From Eledone cirrhosa (Eukaryota): a stretch of DNA of 64,000 bases. A program made the position numbers and the translations under genes. Below, piece after piece: positions 1 to 13,926 of this stretch. The notes below the pieces were generated by a model, which was not told the DNA's origin, did no database searches, and saw nothing but the letters and a program-made list of their open reading frames with translations. The stretch's first letter is position 1. Each line of letters begins with the position of its first letter. The stretch lies in assembly GCA_964016885.1 (NCBI GenBank), contig OZ024740.1, positions 57,226,001 to 57,290,000 of the forward strand, in the 5' to 3' direction.

Positions 1-62
<62 letters not shown>

Positions 63-169
63 CATGTATGTATGTATGTATGTATATACATACTACTGTA
101 CGTCTGTATACATCTATGTATGTACGTATACATACTTACATTTATATATATATATATATATACATATAT

Positions 170-251
<82 letters not shown>

Positions 252-501
252 CACTCACTCACTCTCTGCTTGTCCCCTTCTCACTTCCTCCCGTTTGGCC
301 TGTGTGGGGTCCTTTCTCGCTCACACCTTACTTACGGTCTGTTGTCTCTCTCGCCCATGAAATTCACCCAGCTTAAGCTGAACGGATATCATGTGCTTGT
401 TTCTTCCTATCTTTCCGTTGCTATACCTTATATGTTTGTTTACTTGTCTCGCTTTACGCGATATTACTTGTCCCAATAGCTTTATTTAGCTATTGCTCGC
501 A

Positions 502-570
502 CCAACTGGAGGTATATGATTTTTAAAGCGATGAAATACCAATGAAGGTTGGAAAATCACTGATGAAGGA
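502..570 (+). ncRNA. Putative non-circularly permuted, pseudoknotted hammerhead ribozyme with kink-turn (copy 1)
   Basis: ccaact-g-GA-GGTAT-A-tgatttt-taaagcga-t-GAA-ATACC-aat-GA-a-ggttgg-aaaatca-CTGATGA-a-gga. Stem III GGTAT/ATACC, stem I tgatttt/aaaatca, K-turn-like loop. Gap-free covarying homolog at 3621-3689. Confidence 0.65.
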
Positions 571-625
571 CTATTTTTTTCGTATGTAACCCATGTGCAA
601 CCACGCAGCACTCAATTCTTCTCAT

Positions 626-689
<64 letters not shown>

Positions 690-690
<1 letters not shown>

Positions 691-2910
691 GAATATAAAA
701 TGAAAGTGGTTTTATAAAGGAATTTATTAGGTATTGACATATGTTTCTGTAACAGACGGAATACCTATGTATCGCTGCTTGCGCAATCATATAATATTAG
801 CACGTAATCGATAGCAAAATGTATAACCAGTTGTCACTTTTTCAGAGATATTGGATAAATTGGAAAAAATCGGAAAAATCAAAGTATTTATATTAGTTGT
901 AAGAAAGGAAGAGGGGAGGGGAAAGTATATGACAGATGGCAATTCAATTTGCTGGTAAACAAGTGTATAGAAGGTTTTTAATGAGAATACAATGAGTATA
1001 TGGCTTATTTTATCTAAGTAAGAATTTTTGGGAGTGCCTATTTTAATTTATATTTGACCAGTTGAACAATGGACAGGGCTGGTGGTTTGGTGTAGTAGTG
1101 TAGTAGTATTAATACAGATATAAGGTGCCAAGTAAGGAAGAGAGATTTTCACTGCTACTGTATAACAACAATGCTGGTAGCCTGCTGGTATATGCTTTAG
1201 GGAATTGAATTGATAAATCTTATTTTATCTATAGCATTTTATATTAAATGATAAAGAATAGAAGTGTTGATAGAATTAAAACTAATAAAGAATGTTAATA
1301 TGTATTTTGACAATCAAACGGAGATAGAGACAGACATTCAATCCTGGTAGAGTTTGTAATATGAAAATGTAGATTTCAAGCGATGGTTACAATATAACGA
1401 TCGCTCTATTCTGTTATTTAATAAAATATTTTTGGATTTCATAATACAAAATATTTCCATATTACACAATCTACAAAATTTCTGTCCATGGAAATATGCA
1501 GGGGCATACACTATTATATCTCATTTTAGGTTAAATTGTTGGTTATTTTCGCGCAGCTGCCAAGCCTTGTCTGCGAGTGTTGTTACATAACGCTGGTTTT
1601 CATGTTTTATCGAGTAGCAATGTCTATAAAGGCGAAATTTGAAGGAGGTAGCTCTAGACCCCACATAGTACCACTTCTGGCTACCCGATTCGATAGTACA
1701 TTTGTATATGATATTGTGTTCAAGACACTGATTATTCAACGGACACATTCCTGGTTGGACACAGTTACAGTTATAATTATGCGCTGTGTAATACCATGGA
1801 TAGGTTGATGAGGTTGCTAAGGCAGGTCGGGATGTTGTTTGTTGTTTTGTGATGTTATAGCCGATGTTTTACGTGTATTGTTATGTGTTGGAAGGCATTT
1901 ATACAACCGTTTTGCGTTAAGCTTTTTTATATGTTGTGCAATATTAGGGGCGGTTGAATATGAAAGTCGAATAGTGTTAGGGTTTAAGATTTTATTATAT
2001 TTATGTGATGTTGGAAAATGTTTTTTAACTAATCGAAAGAATTGTGAGGATAGATTGGTTTTAATAGAGTTGTTATAGACCGGGTTGTACCATATATACA
2101 CTTTACATCGCCTTCTCTTTGATGGTGTGCGACTATTAGTGTGTCTATTGCGGTAGTGTGTGTATGGTGGTGATTCTATGCTATTTCTACCTCTATGAGA
2201 TTTATTTTGGGTGTTTTGGTGATCGTCAACTATATACTCTATATTATCTAGGTGTCCAGCCTTCATAAGTAAATCATCGTAATATTCGACATGTTCTTTG
2301 AAGGTTTGCAGGTTGGACGACAGGCTGGAGATTCTAAGGGAAATATTTCTAGGGATGGATTTAATTATAGAGTGTGGATGGTTAGAACCCGTATTTACAT
2401 ATTTAAGGTTCTCATTTAGTTTATGGAACGGTTTAATCGTTTCTGTATTGAGATTCAAAGTAACATCGAGGAAATAAACCTCTTTAAGGTTATATTCAAA
2501 CGTAATACTTAATCCTAGTTCCTTAAAAAGCTTCCTAATATTTTTACGCATCCTTTCTAAATTCTGGTTATTCATATGCTTAACTAATAGGAGCGCATCA
2601 TCACGTTAGAGTCCACTGTGGAGATCCTTGAATTTTCCTTGTAGTCTGTGGGTGATATAAATTCCCACAAGATCAGTTACTTCCGCCGAATCATTGGAAC
2701 CCATAGTTATATCAAAATTAGAAGGTCTATCTCCGCGAACCCAGTAGCTATCACCAAATCTAACAATAGTTTTCCTCGCTTCCATAATAATACTAATTTC
2801 ATCATCCGTAAGGTCGGAGTTAGCCTTAGCGAACGAAAGGGATTCGTACAGAGTATCAGGTGAGATTGAGGAATAATAATCATCAATATCGAACTGAATA
2901 AATTTTGATA
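690..2910 (-). mobile_element. 5'-truncated, decayed Penelope-like element (RT C-terminal half, GIY-YIG, 3' UTR); Nematis-like clade by inference
   Basis: Minus strand reads FIQFDIDDYYSSIS...FDITMGSNDSAEVTDLVG...GL*RDD (YRDD broken), then FLDVTLNL...YVNTGSNHP (1817-2575) and CPLNNQCL..IIYKC..YYVGS (1521-1748). Flanked by (TA)n; degenerate HHR-like motif at 728-767. Confidence 0.9.
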
Positions 2911-2912
2911 TA

Positions 2913-2943
<31 letters not shown>

Positions 2944-2947
<4 letters not shown>

Positions 2948-3066
2948 TTAATATAGATGAGATTCTACAGGACTAGAACTGTTTCATTCTTGATAAATCA
3001 TCAGGAATGATAATTTCTCAAGAATGAAACAGTTCTAGTCCTGTAGAATCTCATCTATATTAAAAC
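2944..3066. repeat. Fold-back inverted repeat (about 50-bp arms) centred on a hammerhead
   Basis: agttttaatatagatgagattctacaggactagaactgtttcattcttga is the reverse complement of tcaagaatgaaacagttctagtcctgtagaatctcatctatattaaaact. Confidence 0.9.
2962..3008 (-). ncRNA. Type I hammerhead ribozyme (family D)
   Basis: attc-CTGATGA-tttatcaagaat-GAAA-cag-ttctagtc-ctg-TA-gaat; stem II is weak in this copy. Confidence 0.6.
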
Positions 3067-3167
3067 TTTTATACTCTGCTATGTATTGAGTACCTTACTT
3101 ACTGTGGTTACCTCCGATTCAACCCGGAATAACTTACCTATATATATATATATATATATAAACATAG

Positions 3168-3540
3168 TAAATTGTTCAAGACCCCGACGGCAGAGCTCAA
3201 GCCGTTTCGACGGCTATTTATGGACTCGCATAGTAGATATTATGAAGAAACTGAAGCTTGATGGAAGAGTCGGGATATGACGTGGTAGGGTCGGAAAGTG
3301 CTCTACTACGAAGGTAGGAGCTAGATAACGAAGGAAGTGTGGTAAGGAACCAGGTGGACCATAACGCACCAGAGTACTCAATACTTAGTGTAGTAGACTG
3401 AGTCCAGAGATAGCCATCGAAAAGGCTTGAGCTCTGCCGTCGGGGTCTTGAACAATTTCCTATTACCCACTCTACTACCCAAATTATTGAGTACTCTTGT
3501 GTGTTATGGTCTACCTGGTTCCTTACCACACTTCCTTCTT
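3168..3540. repeat. Interleaved inverted repeats A-B-A'-B' containing 3' halves of a hammerhead
   Basis: About 3170-3228 is inverted to about 3399-3457, and about 3330-3383 to about 3486-3538. GAAACggc-ttgagctct-gccGTC (stem III plus GUC) is present without CTGANGA. Confidence 0.75.
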
Positions 3541-3588
<48 letters not shown>

Positions 3589-3620
3589 AAATGAAGTATT
3601 AGAAATAGAAGATAGGACTA

Positions 3621-3689
3621 TCCATCATCAGTTGTCTACTAGGCATCATAGGTATTTCTTCGCATTACAGACAATATACCTCCGCCTAG
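3621..3689 (-). ncRNA. Putative non-circularly permuted hammerhead with kink-turn (copy 2)
   Basis: Minus strand: ctaggc-g-GA-GGTAT-A-ttgtctg-taatgcga-a-GAA-ATACC-tat-GA-t-gcctag-tagacaa-CTGATGA-t-gga. Confidence 0.65.
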
Positions 3690-3887
3690 GACGATACAAT
3701 AACTAAAATAAGTTATTGGGATAAAAAGAGTTGGGTGGAGAAAGAGAGACATGTAAACAGACACGAATGGTGAGGCAACGTAAAGAGAGGAAAAATGAAA
3801 AAATCAAGTCAATAATTCATTTCGAACATAAGAACGGGCGAATTTTGACGGGCAGAACAAAGATATATATATGTATATGTATATATG

Positions 3888-4535
<648 letters not shown>

Positions 4536-4548
4536 AGATAAATCTACC

Positions 4549-4690
4549 AAAAGGTATGTATATTTCCTCTGATAGTTTGTAATATTTTTGCATAGATCTA
4601 TATGATATACATACCAACACACATATATATCCTAGAAACGATCGTAAAATGATGATTTTTTTTAATATAAGGAAATTGTTCTTTGTTTTT
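4549..4690 (+). mobile_element. 3'-end fragment of the PLE family at 23090-29630 (hammerhead 3' half only)
   Basis: Similar to 29463-29600, including GAAACGATCGTA; CTGAAGA is absent. Confidence 0.75.
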
Positions 4691-4696
4691 AGTCAT

Positions 4697-4740
<44 letters not shown>

Positions 4741-4744
<4 letters not shown>

Positions 4745-4946
4745 TAATTGTTTCTACTTTAGGCACAAGGCCAGCACTTCCCCAGTGCATTACTGGTACT
4801 TTATTTTGTCGACCCCGTAAGGATGAAAGGCAAAGTCAATCCCGTCGAGGTTTACTTTGCCTTTCATCCTTACGGGGTCGATAAAATAAAGTACCAGTAA
4901 TGCACTGGGTAATTTGCTGGCCTTGTGCCTAAAGTAGAAACAATTA

Positions 4947-4950
<4 letters not shown>
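4741..4950. mobile_element. Fold-back palindrome made of two inverted SINE 3' halves inside a (TA)n array
   Basis: Arms tttctactttaggcacaaggcc...ggatgaaaggcaaagt and their reverse complement; same subfamily as the SINE at 27426-27602. Confidence 0.85.
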
Positions 4951-4998
<48 letters not shown>

Positions 4999-5029
4999 AA
5001 AAATGTGTGTAATCATTGGTACAGTTAGG

Positions 5030-5184
5030 TATATTAAGACAGGGGGGAAGAAAAACAACCAACAACCAACAACTTAATTTATAAAATAATTTTTTTTAAG
5101 AAAAATTCTTTTTGGATTTTGTGAAGAAAATAAATTTGTTGAAAGCACAAGTGAAGCCATTTTTTCTTCCCCCCTGTCTTAATA
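5030..5184. repeat. Short element with about 25-bp terminal inverted repeats
   Basis: tatattaagacaggggggaagaaaaa ... tttttcttcccccctgtcttaatata. Confidence 0.7.
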
Positions 5185-5556
5185 TATATATATATATATA
5201 TATGGGGGGTGTATATGTGTGCATATAATGTGATTGTGTGTGTTTATATAAGTGTGTATATAAATGTATAAATGTATGTATCTGAAAACTAAAATTGTCA
5301 ATTTATTTTCTACCAGAATAATTCATTTAACTCGACATGGCGAAGAGAAACGATTAGTTTTCGGATGTCAGCGACCGGCATGGAAATACATTTTAACTGT
5401 TCGCTATAAATTGAAGAACTATGACAGCAATAACATGTTATAATAGCAACGGCATACATGTGTGCATGTGTATGCATATCTGTTTGTGTGCGTGCGTGTT
5501 TGAGTGAGTTGATGTGCGTGTACACATAAAAAGAATATATATATATATATTTTCTT

Positions 5557-5615
<59 letters not shown>

Positions 5616-5619
<4 letters not shown>

Positions 5620-6507
5620 AATTAATATCTAGTAACATATATATACATATAGATGCATATCAATGCTAGCAAATATATAGGTTTTGTCTTAGTAACTTTG
5701 TGGTTCAATGCATGGGGTTGCAGAACAATAATATGAGAGACGTAAAATAAGAAAATTATAAAATTAACTTACTTACTAAAATATCACTTCCAACTAATTA
5801 GTTTCTGGAATGGAATAAATATATTTTCCGAAGAAGATACAGAGAAGCATTCCGTCGTCAGGGAAGTCTATTCTCATCTAAGTATCCAGGCAAAGCGTGG
5901 ACACTGGAAACTTATTAAAAAATAATTCAGTGGATAGAAAATAGCAAAGCGTGGACTGAATTCCTAGCCATTGAGAAAATCACTGCCTCTGCGTCGGTGG
6001 CAAATTCAAAAAGAATCAATCACGTGACATCGCGGTAAATCAGTGGAAAGTGGTTTGCTAATAAGACAGCGGCCTGCCTGCTACCATAACAGCAATCATG
6101 GCCAATATTGCTCGACAAATAATTTGGAGATAATTATAAAGAATTAATATCTAGTAACATATATATACAGCAGGCCGCTGTCTTATTAGCAAACCACTTT
6201 CCACTGATTGACCTCGATGTCACGTGATTGATTTTTTTTTTAATTTGCCACCGACGCAGAGGTAGTGATTTTCTCAATGGCTAGGAATTCAGTCCACGCT
6301 TTGCTATTTTCTATCCACTGAATTATTTTTTAATAAGTTTCCAGTGTCCACGCTTTGCCTGGATACTTAGATGAGAATAGACTTCCCTGACGACGGAATG
6401 CTTCTCTGTATCTTCTTCGGAAAATATATTTATTCCATTCCAGAAACTAATTAGTTGGAAGTGATATTTTAGTAAGTAAGTTAATTTTATAATTTTCTTA
6501 TTTTACG

Positions 6508-6515
<8 letters not shown>
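5616..6515. mobile_element. Non-coding PLE-type fold-back element (about 345-bp inverted arms) with two hammerheads
   Basis: 5732-6074 is inverted to about 6171-6515; short direct repeat at about 5616-5645 and 6137-6166. Confidence 0.85.
6381..6462 (+). ncRNA. Type I hammerhead (family C); mirror copy at 5786-5867 (-)
   Basis: acttcc-CTGACGA-c-ggaatg-[long loop]-cattcc-a-GAAA-ctaattag-TT-ggaagt; palindromic stem III. Confidence 0.75.
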
Positions 6516-6562
<47 letters not shown>

Positions 6563-6564
6563 CA

Positions 6565-6616
<52 letters not shown>

Positions 6617-6803
6617 CATATATACATACATATATACATACATATACATATATACATATATACATATATACATATATACATATATACATATATACATACA
6701 TATATATATACATATATGTGTGTGTGTACATATGTGTGTATATATTTATATATATATATACATATATATACACACACACACATATGTACACACATATACA
6801 CCT

Positions 6804-7700
<897 letters not shown>

Positions 7701-8578
7701 TACATCGGCACTTACGTACTTGCTTAAATAGATACAAATACAATTATTCTGATGGATAGATAGACAAACAGACAGACATGCAGGCAGGCAGGTACACAGA
7801 TTGATAATTAGACAGTGAGGTGGGCAGACATGAGAGTCGGTGAAGTGAATTTTCTTCCATTTAAATATTGCTCTTGCCACAACAATGCCTAGAATATTTA
7901 TTTTTATTAGAATTTAGATTCGATTTAAGAAAAAACAATTTAATCAGGAAAATGTATTTTAATGAAAACGAATTTTCAATGCTACAAATCTTTTTCTAGA
8001 TCAACAATAACTACGTTTCTTTGAGAATTGCAATCTCACTAAGCTTTGTTGGATATTTATTTTTATATATGTTTTTTTTGTTTGTTTGTTGTTGGCTTTG
8101 TTAGTGTTGTTTTTGTTTACATCAGAACACGATACGTCACGACTTATTTCTTTGATTTTTACCTATTCATTGTTATTGCATTGAGGTCTACCTCTCATTG
8201 ACATTGAGACAATTTAAAAACTGTCTCGATTTCTCTTCTCGGGTATTATACCTTCCAGACAGATTTTTGAAAGACCACAAGTTCAGCATTCGATGTGACC
8301 AAACAGTTTCAGCAAGTTCTTTTTATTTTTTATCAAAAATTGTCTTTTGTTGTGTCATTTCTCGTAGATGTAAAATTGACTATCAACCAACAAAGCTCGG
8401 TAAGTTTCTATCACCAAGAGATACAACATAATAATGAACTGAATAATTAAAGTTGTTGTTCCCCTAAATCAACCCCGTTTGACCGTACCTCTGCTCAAGA
8501 ACATTCCAATATATCATTGTTTGTCAGAGACTACATTGTGTACTGTGTCTTTCATTTTGTTACTACAGTATGATAAAG

Positions 8579-8855
8579 CAGGGATCCCCAAAATATTTGG
8601 GGATGACCCTTTCGTTGAATTCGTCATCTATCGACCCCAGACTCGTACAAAGGTAACTATATAAATAAATCAGTAAACAAAATATAAAAGGAAAAGACAA
8701 TTATGACTCATTATATAAAAATCAAAAACCTGTAGAATCAAGATGTATTTTAATGTATTATTTTATGTATTTTCATTTCTTAGGCAAATGTCAGGTTTCG
8801 GCTCAAATACTCGATTGACCCTTGGGAGTCGATATAAACTACTTTGGACCCCTTG
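8579..8855. mobile_element. hAT-type MITE
   Basis: Imperfect TIRs CAGGGATCCCCAAA / TTTGGACCCCTTG, imperfect 8-bp TSD tgataaag/tggtagag, subterminal gaccc motifs. Confidence 0.6.
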
Positions 8856-9429
8856 TGGTAGAGCGTAATTTTAGGAAAATTTAGCTGCTATTTCTAGCAG
8901 GTGGAGCGATTACTTAGAGTTAGCTTTAACACCACCATCCAGCCCATAAATTTACGATGGCGTGTGTACCAAGACAGTATCCATGGTAACTTGGGCCAAA
9001 TAAATAAGCTATTTTTCTTTACTTACACCAGTTTTTTACCGAATATATACATACATCTTTTATCGACATACATCGGTAAATAATTTACATACTTCCCCCC
9101 ACTACACACACAATAAATATGTATGTGTGTGGATGAGATGTTACTAGCTAAGACCAGTATTCCCATTATTCAACTTAATCTATACTTTAAAAAAGTAGAG
9201 TGTAGATATTATTGTAAGGATTCTTTACTCTGTGGTTAATCTTCTAGCATTTTGAAATGGTAGAAGCTTAAATGTAAGGCAAAGAATCCGACAATATATT
9301 ACCATGCCCAAGATACCACACAGTTGGCTCTAACCCAAGACCTTACGATTGTAAAGTACGTTTTAATCTTTTTGTCATGTTGCCTTCTAATAGGAGAATG
9401 AATGGAGTACTGGGCCTTCGTAACTGGAG

Positions 9430-9580
9430 AGAAGAAGCTATTATCATGCTGGAGAGAATTTTTGCCAGCTGAGTGCACTAGAGCAACGTGAAATAAAGCC
9501 TCTTGCTCAAGGACATATTGTTCCACCAGGAATCGAATTTACAACATTACGATCGTGAGCCGAGCATCCTAACAAATAAG
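9430..9580 (-). mobile_element. Decayed tRNA-derived SINE, CORE-like body
   Basis: Minus strand: B-box-like aattcgattcc followed by tgtccttgagcaagaggctttatttcacgttgctctagtgcactcagctggc. Confidence 0.55.
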
Positions 9581-10254
9581 CTACGTACCTTTTACGAAAT
9601 ATTAGTAATCGGCGTTCTCGGATGGCCACTGGGGAAGCTGTGACATGATCTCGGCTTAGAATACCCTTAACCAGATTTATATGTGTCTTATACTTAAGCA
9701 TATTGTATATGTTTTCATATACGCCTCTATAGTATGGGAAATTCGTATCGTCACCTAGCTGTCTAGTATTAGAATGCCAATTCATATAACCATAGATACA
9801 ATTTCTATTTAAGTTACGCCACCAAAATATTCTGATGCATAAAATGAATTCAATTTATTATCAACATCAGCAATACAGTTCAACATTAATGAGGTACATT
9901 ACTGAAATATGACTGACGTTCTGCTGAGTAGGTAATTGATCCATTCAAGACATCAGACAATCTCAAAACAATTTATAATTTTATGAACAAATAAGAGGGT
10001 ATCTATATGGTCATTCAAAGTTCTGGAAAGAGCAACCAAATCTACCTAATTTGTTTTAAATGTTTTTAAAAAGGACATATTGAATAATATAATCTGGAGT
10101 AGCCTGGAAATAAGATGAGATGCTCACAGTCGGAACGTGTTTGATAATATTTCAGCACTGTCGGAGTTGTTTATCTGCGATTATCGTCGTTTGACCTGCT
10201 AAAAATAGAGGCCAAATCTCCCTGAAATCAAACTTTAATAATGGACAAATTGAA

Positions 10255-10470
10255 TAATTGTTTCTACTTTAGGCACAAGGCCAGTAATTTAAAGGGGAGG
10301 GGAAAGTCGATTAAATCAACCTATTGCATTACTGGTACTTTATTTTATCGACCCCTTAACGATGAAAGGCGAAGCAAGCCTCGGCGAGATTTGAACTCAG
10401 AACGTAAAGGGCCGTAACTCCATGCCGCGAAGCATGGTGTCCGAAGCTCTACTGATATTGCCAATCTAAT
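10255..10470 (-). mobile_element. tRNA-derived SINE
   Basis: A-box-like tggcaatatcag, B-box gagttcaaatctc, body gcctttcatc..ggggtcgataaaataaagtacc, tail ggccttgtgcctaaagtagaaac. Confidence 0.8.
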
Positions 10471-10710
10471 TGAATAATATAGTCCCGGACACTGAATGCG
10501 TGAAAAAGAAAAGATGACGTTCACAGCTGGAACGCTTTTCATCATAGGTCTGCATATTCCGGGTTGTTGAACTTTGATCAAATAGCAAAAACAACAGCAA
10601 AAACAACACCAACAATGACACCTTTGTCTCTAGTGGGTTACATAAAAACAGAAAATCAATACTTTTTCTCTAGAAAATTAATTTTGTTTTTATTAACAAT
10701 CATAAACGAA

Positions 10711-10928
10711 GGCAGTAGATTGGCAGAATCGTTAGTGTTGGAAAAAATGTTTGCGGCATGGGTTTCGCTTCATTACATTCTGAGTTCAAATCCCACCTAG
10801 ATCAACTTTGTCTTTTATCCTTCTAGAGTTGATAAAATAAAGTACCAGTCAAATTCTGGAGTCGGCTTAATCGACCTTCTCCTTCATTCAAATTGCTGGC
10901 CTTGTACCAAAATTAGATATCATTAATA
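10711..10928 (+). mobile_element. tRNA-derived SINE (same family)
   Basis: tggcagaatcgttag ... gagttcaaatccc ... gataaaataaagtacc ... ggccttgtaccaaaattag. A further 5' partial copy lies at about 11677-11812. Confidence 0.8.
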
Positions 10929-10974
10929 ATTATCGATAGTCATTTTCTGAATCCACTGTACCATCTCTTTCAAT

Positions 10975-11566
10975 ATCTATTAATATAATCCCCAATGTGT
11001 ATTTGTCCGTCACACACTAAAGATAACTGAGGAAGGAAGGGATGATAACGTCAACTGAGGAAGGAAGGGGTGATGAGATCGACTGAGGAAGGAAGGGGTG
11101 ATGAGGTCGACTGAGGAAGGAAGGAGTGATGACAAACTACAGAAAGCAGCGCTTAACATTCGCTACACCTGCGTGTGTATATGTACAGCGAATTGGCTGC
11201 ACACATTGGCTGTTATGATTATGTGAGTGTGTGTGTATTTGTGTAAATTATATTTTTATATAACGTTTGTGTCAGTGTATATATGTTTGAGTGTATTTAT
11301 TTAGAAAGATACATAGACAATAGAATTACAAATACACACGAATCTACACATACATATATATAACAGACACACTTATAAAAAATAATTATTACATACACAC
11401 ACATCTATGTGATGACTGAGGAAGGAGGAGGTGAGAACCTATAGAGGTCCAGCGTTCTAAGATTCGTCACAGCTGTGTGTTTGTTTGTACCACTTGTGGG
11501 AGTGAGCGCGAAGGAACCAACCAAGAACAAACAAACAAACATCTCTTTCTTATATTATGTATAGAT
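10975..11566. mobile_element. Possible non-autonomous Helitron-like element containing a 27-bp minisatellite
   Basis: Both ends read inward as ATCTAT..AATATAA followed by (TGTT/TGTC)-like repeats. ACTGAGGAAGGAAGG units occur four times at 11026-11135 and once near 11416. Confidence 0.35.
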
Positions 11567-12998
11567 ATTACAATTATGTATAGATATTACAATCAGCCGT
11601 CGTTATTGCCGTCACGGAGCCAGCTATTATTCTAGATAAGGTACTCAGATTTTTGTCTTGTAATATTTGGAATAAATGGCGGTGAATTGGCAGAGTCGTA
11701 AGAACGTTGGATAGAATGATTTGCGGTACTAGCTTCGGCTCTCTTTCCCTCAGAATTTAAATTCCGCAGTGGTCAACATTGCTTTTCATCCATTCCAGGT
11801 TTATAAAAAAAGTGCCATTCTCTCATTCTTTATCCTTCTCTTGAAGAAATCTGTTGTATTCATACATGGAGAAAGATGGGCTCCGTCAGGTTTAGAAATG
11901 CCCAAGAAACGCCGTATGCCAATACGGCGCCCCTGCAAATCCCTTGGCAGTTACAGGACCATCTATCTATCCATTTAGAATAAAGAAATATTAGCATCCG
12001 ATTAATATTGTCTTCTCTTTTTTTTAATTCGCGTTATAATGCTCACGGAATTTAGTATGTTAACACTAACTTAACTGTTGTTTTTTGTGTGGACTATGTC
12101 CCTGAGACATTTATGATAATGTTCATCGCCAAAAAGTGCACAATAATGTACATTAACTACTTGTGTCCAATAATATACGATATTATGATAACTGGTCTAC
12201 TAAATATAAACAAATCTTTGAATACATGGAAGCTACAAAAAGATTCAACAGAAACTTCTAGCTGTTTTATAGCTTTCCTTCTTTCACCTTTTCGTTTTCG
12301 TTTTCTTATGCATAATCAGCTTCCCATTGGCCTTCAATATTTGAATTTTTTTCCCCGTTTAAAAATTTTTTTTTTAATTACCTGTCTCACTAGGTCTTTT
12401 TGATTACCAACTGTAAGGAGTACTCGATGCTTCCCCTAGTCTGTCAGTGCTCACTACCTCTATACGGACGTTTAAATTGAATAAATAAATATAATATCGT
12501 ACATTGATTCTCTGATCTCTACTTCTGTAAGTGCAGTGAAGTCTGTTTCGCTGAGGAGGGCTAATAACACTGAAACATGTTTGGAGTTTCTCTCATACTT
12601 AGCGAAATAACTACAGCAATATCAGCCATTAACTTATAAGGTATTTTCTTCACTACATAATTATGTTAAATTAGTTTTAAAATGTTAACACAAACTTGAT
12701 TGTAATCTTTCACCACGGTTACAAAACAGTTAACGATCTAGTCAGATTTTCCTACATAACACAAAAAGGTAATATGCAGCTGCTAGACATGTTAAAATGC
12801 AACGATGTTCTTTCCTTCATAGAATAAAGAAATATTACATAATGCTTATGTAAGTTATCTTCTTTTGGCAGTGTCTTCCTTGCAGTGTCATAGCGAGTTC
12901 AATGATTTTTGGAATATTTCCACAATTTCAAAAGTCAGTCCATGCATATGCATGTACTTTTACATATTCTCCTGTTTTGGTTTATATATATACAATAC

Positions 12999-13103
<105 letters not shown>

Positions 13104-13125
13104 TAGTAATATATATATATTATAT

Positions 13126-13883
13126 ATTAGAAAGTGAGGTTTTTTTACAGAATGAAAAATAACCGAGGTGTCCTACACGAGTAAAAGTATAAAGAAAAAA
13201 AGATGAAATCGAAAATGCAACTGGAGTCTTATTTTTTTTTAAATATATATATTTATTTGGTTCCGTTACCGGTTTCGCAGTTCTTCTGCTTTTCAAAAGT
13301 AGAGTTGAGATGGAGGGTCTGTGGTTTTTCTCACATCTGGTTGGTCTTTGAATCTTACTTGTTTTATATGGAAAAAAGTGGCTCGAAATGCCAGGTTTTT
13401 AGAGAAGTAATTTGGTTGGTTGGTGAATAAGTATAAATTTCGCGCCAGTTCGCGTTACAAAGTTCTTCAAACAAGGGGGGGGGGGGGGGGCTCAGGTTGT
13501 TTTTTCATATATGAGTGACGTTTGGTTGGTTGATGCAGTCACGTGAATAAGCACATCAGCTTTCGCGTCAGTTTGTTTGAATTTCTTTTTACTTTAAAAA
13601 AAGTGGCTCACGAAGGCTTTTTTTTAATAAATGTAATTTGATTGGTTATAAATGAAATTATGACTGTCACGTGAACAAGTTCATTAAATTTCGCGCCCGT
13701 ATTTGGGAATTTATTTTGTAGCCTTTTAGAGAATTTTATGACAAGAAAAGGGATAATGGTCAAGAGAAATGGGATGGGAGAATTGTTCTGGTTCAGTGAA
13801 TATGGCTGGTTCGCTGGGTGTCAGAATTCAGACTTTCTATTGAAATAAAGAAAGTAGAGATATGTATGTTTGTTTGTGTACGC

Positions 13884-13926
<43 letters not shown>

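Noticed and set aside
502-552. Resemblance to SAM-I riboswitch P2 or a box C/D snoRNA
   Set aside because: Only the generic kink-turn is shared. There is no SAM-binding core, and CTGATGA lies at the 3' end after a helix, not in box C position with a downstream box D.
728-767. Hammerhead at the 3' end of the first PLE
   Set aside because: Stem I (taggtatt/aataccta) and GAAACatatGTC are present on the minus strand, but the CUGANGA segment is missing; treated as a decayed relic.
11026-11135. Regularly spaced ACTGAGGAAGGAAGG repeats resembling a CRISPR array or CUGANGA cores
   Set aside because: A 27-bp minisatellite with similar rather than unique spacers, no cas genes, and no GAAA/stem III partner.
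12546-12586. CTGAGGA...GAAACATGTT hammerhead candidate
   Set aside because: Stems I and II are mostly G-U pairs or mismatches, and there is no second copy for support.
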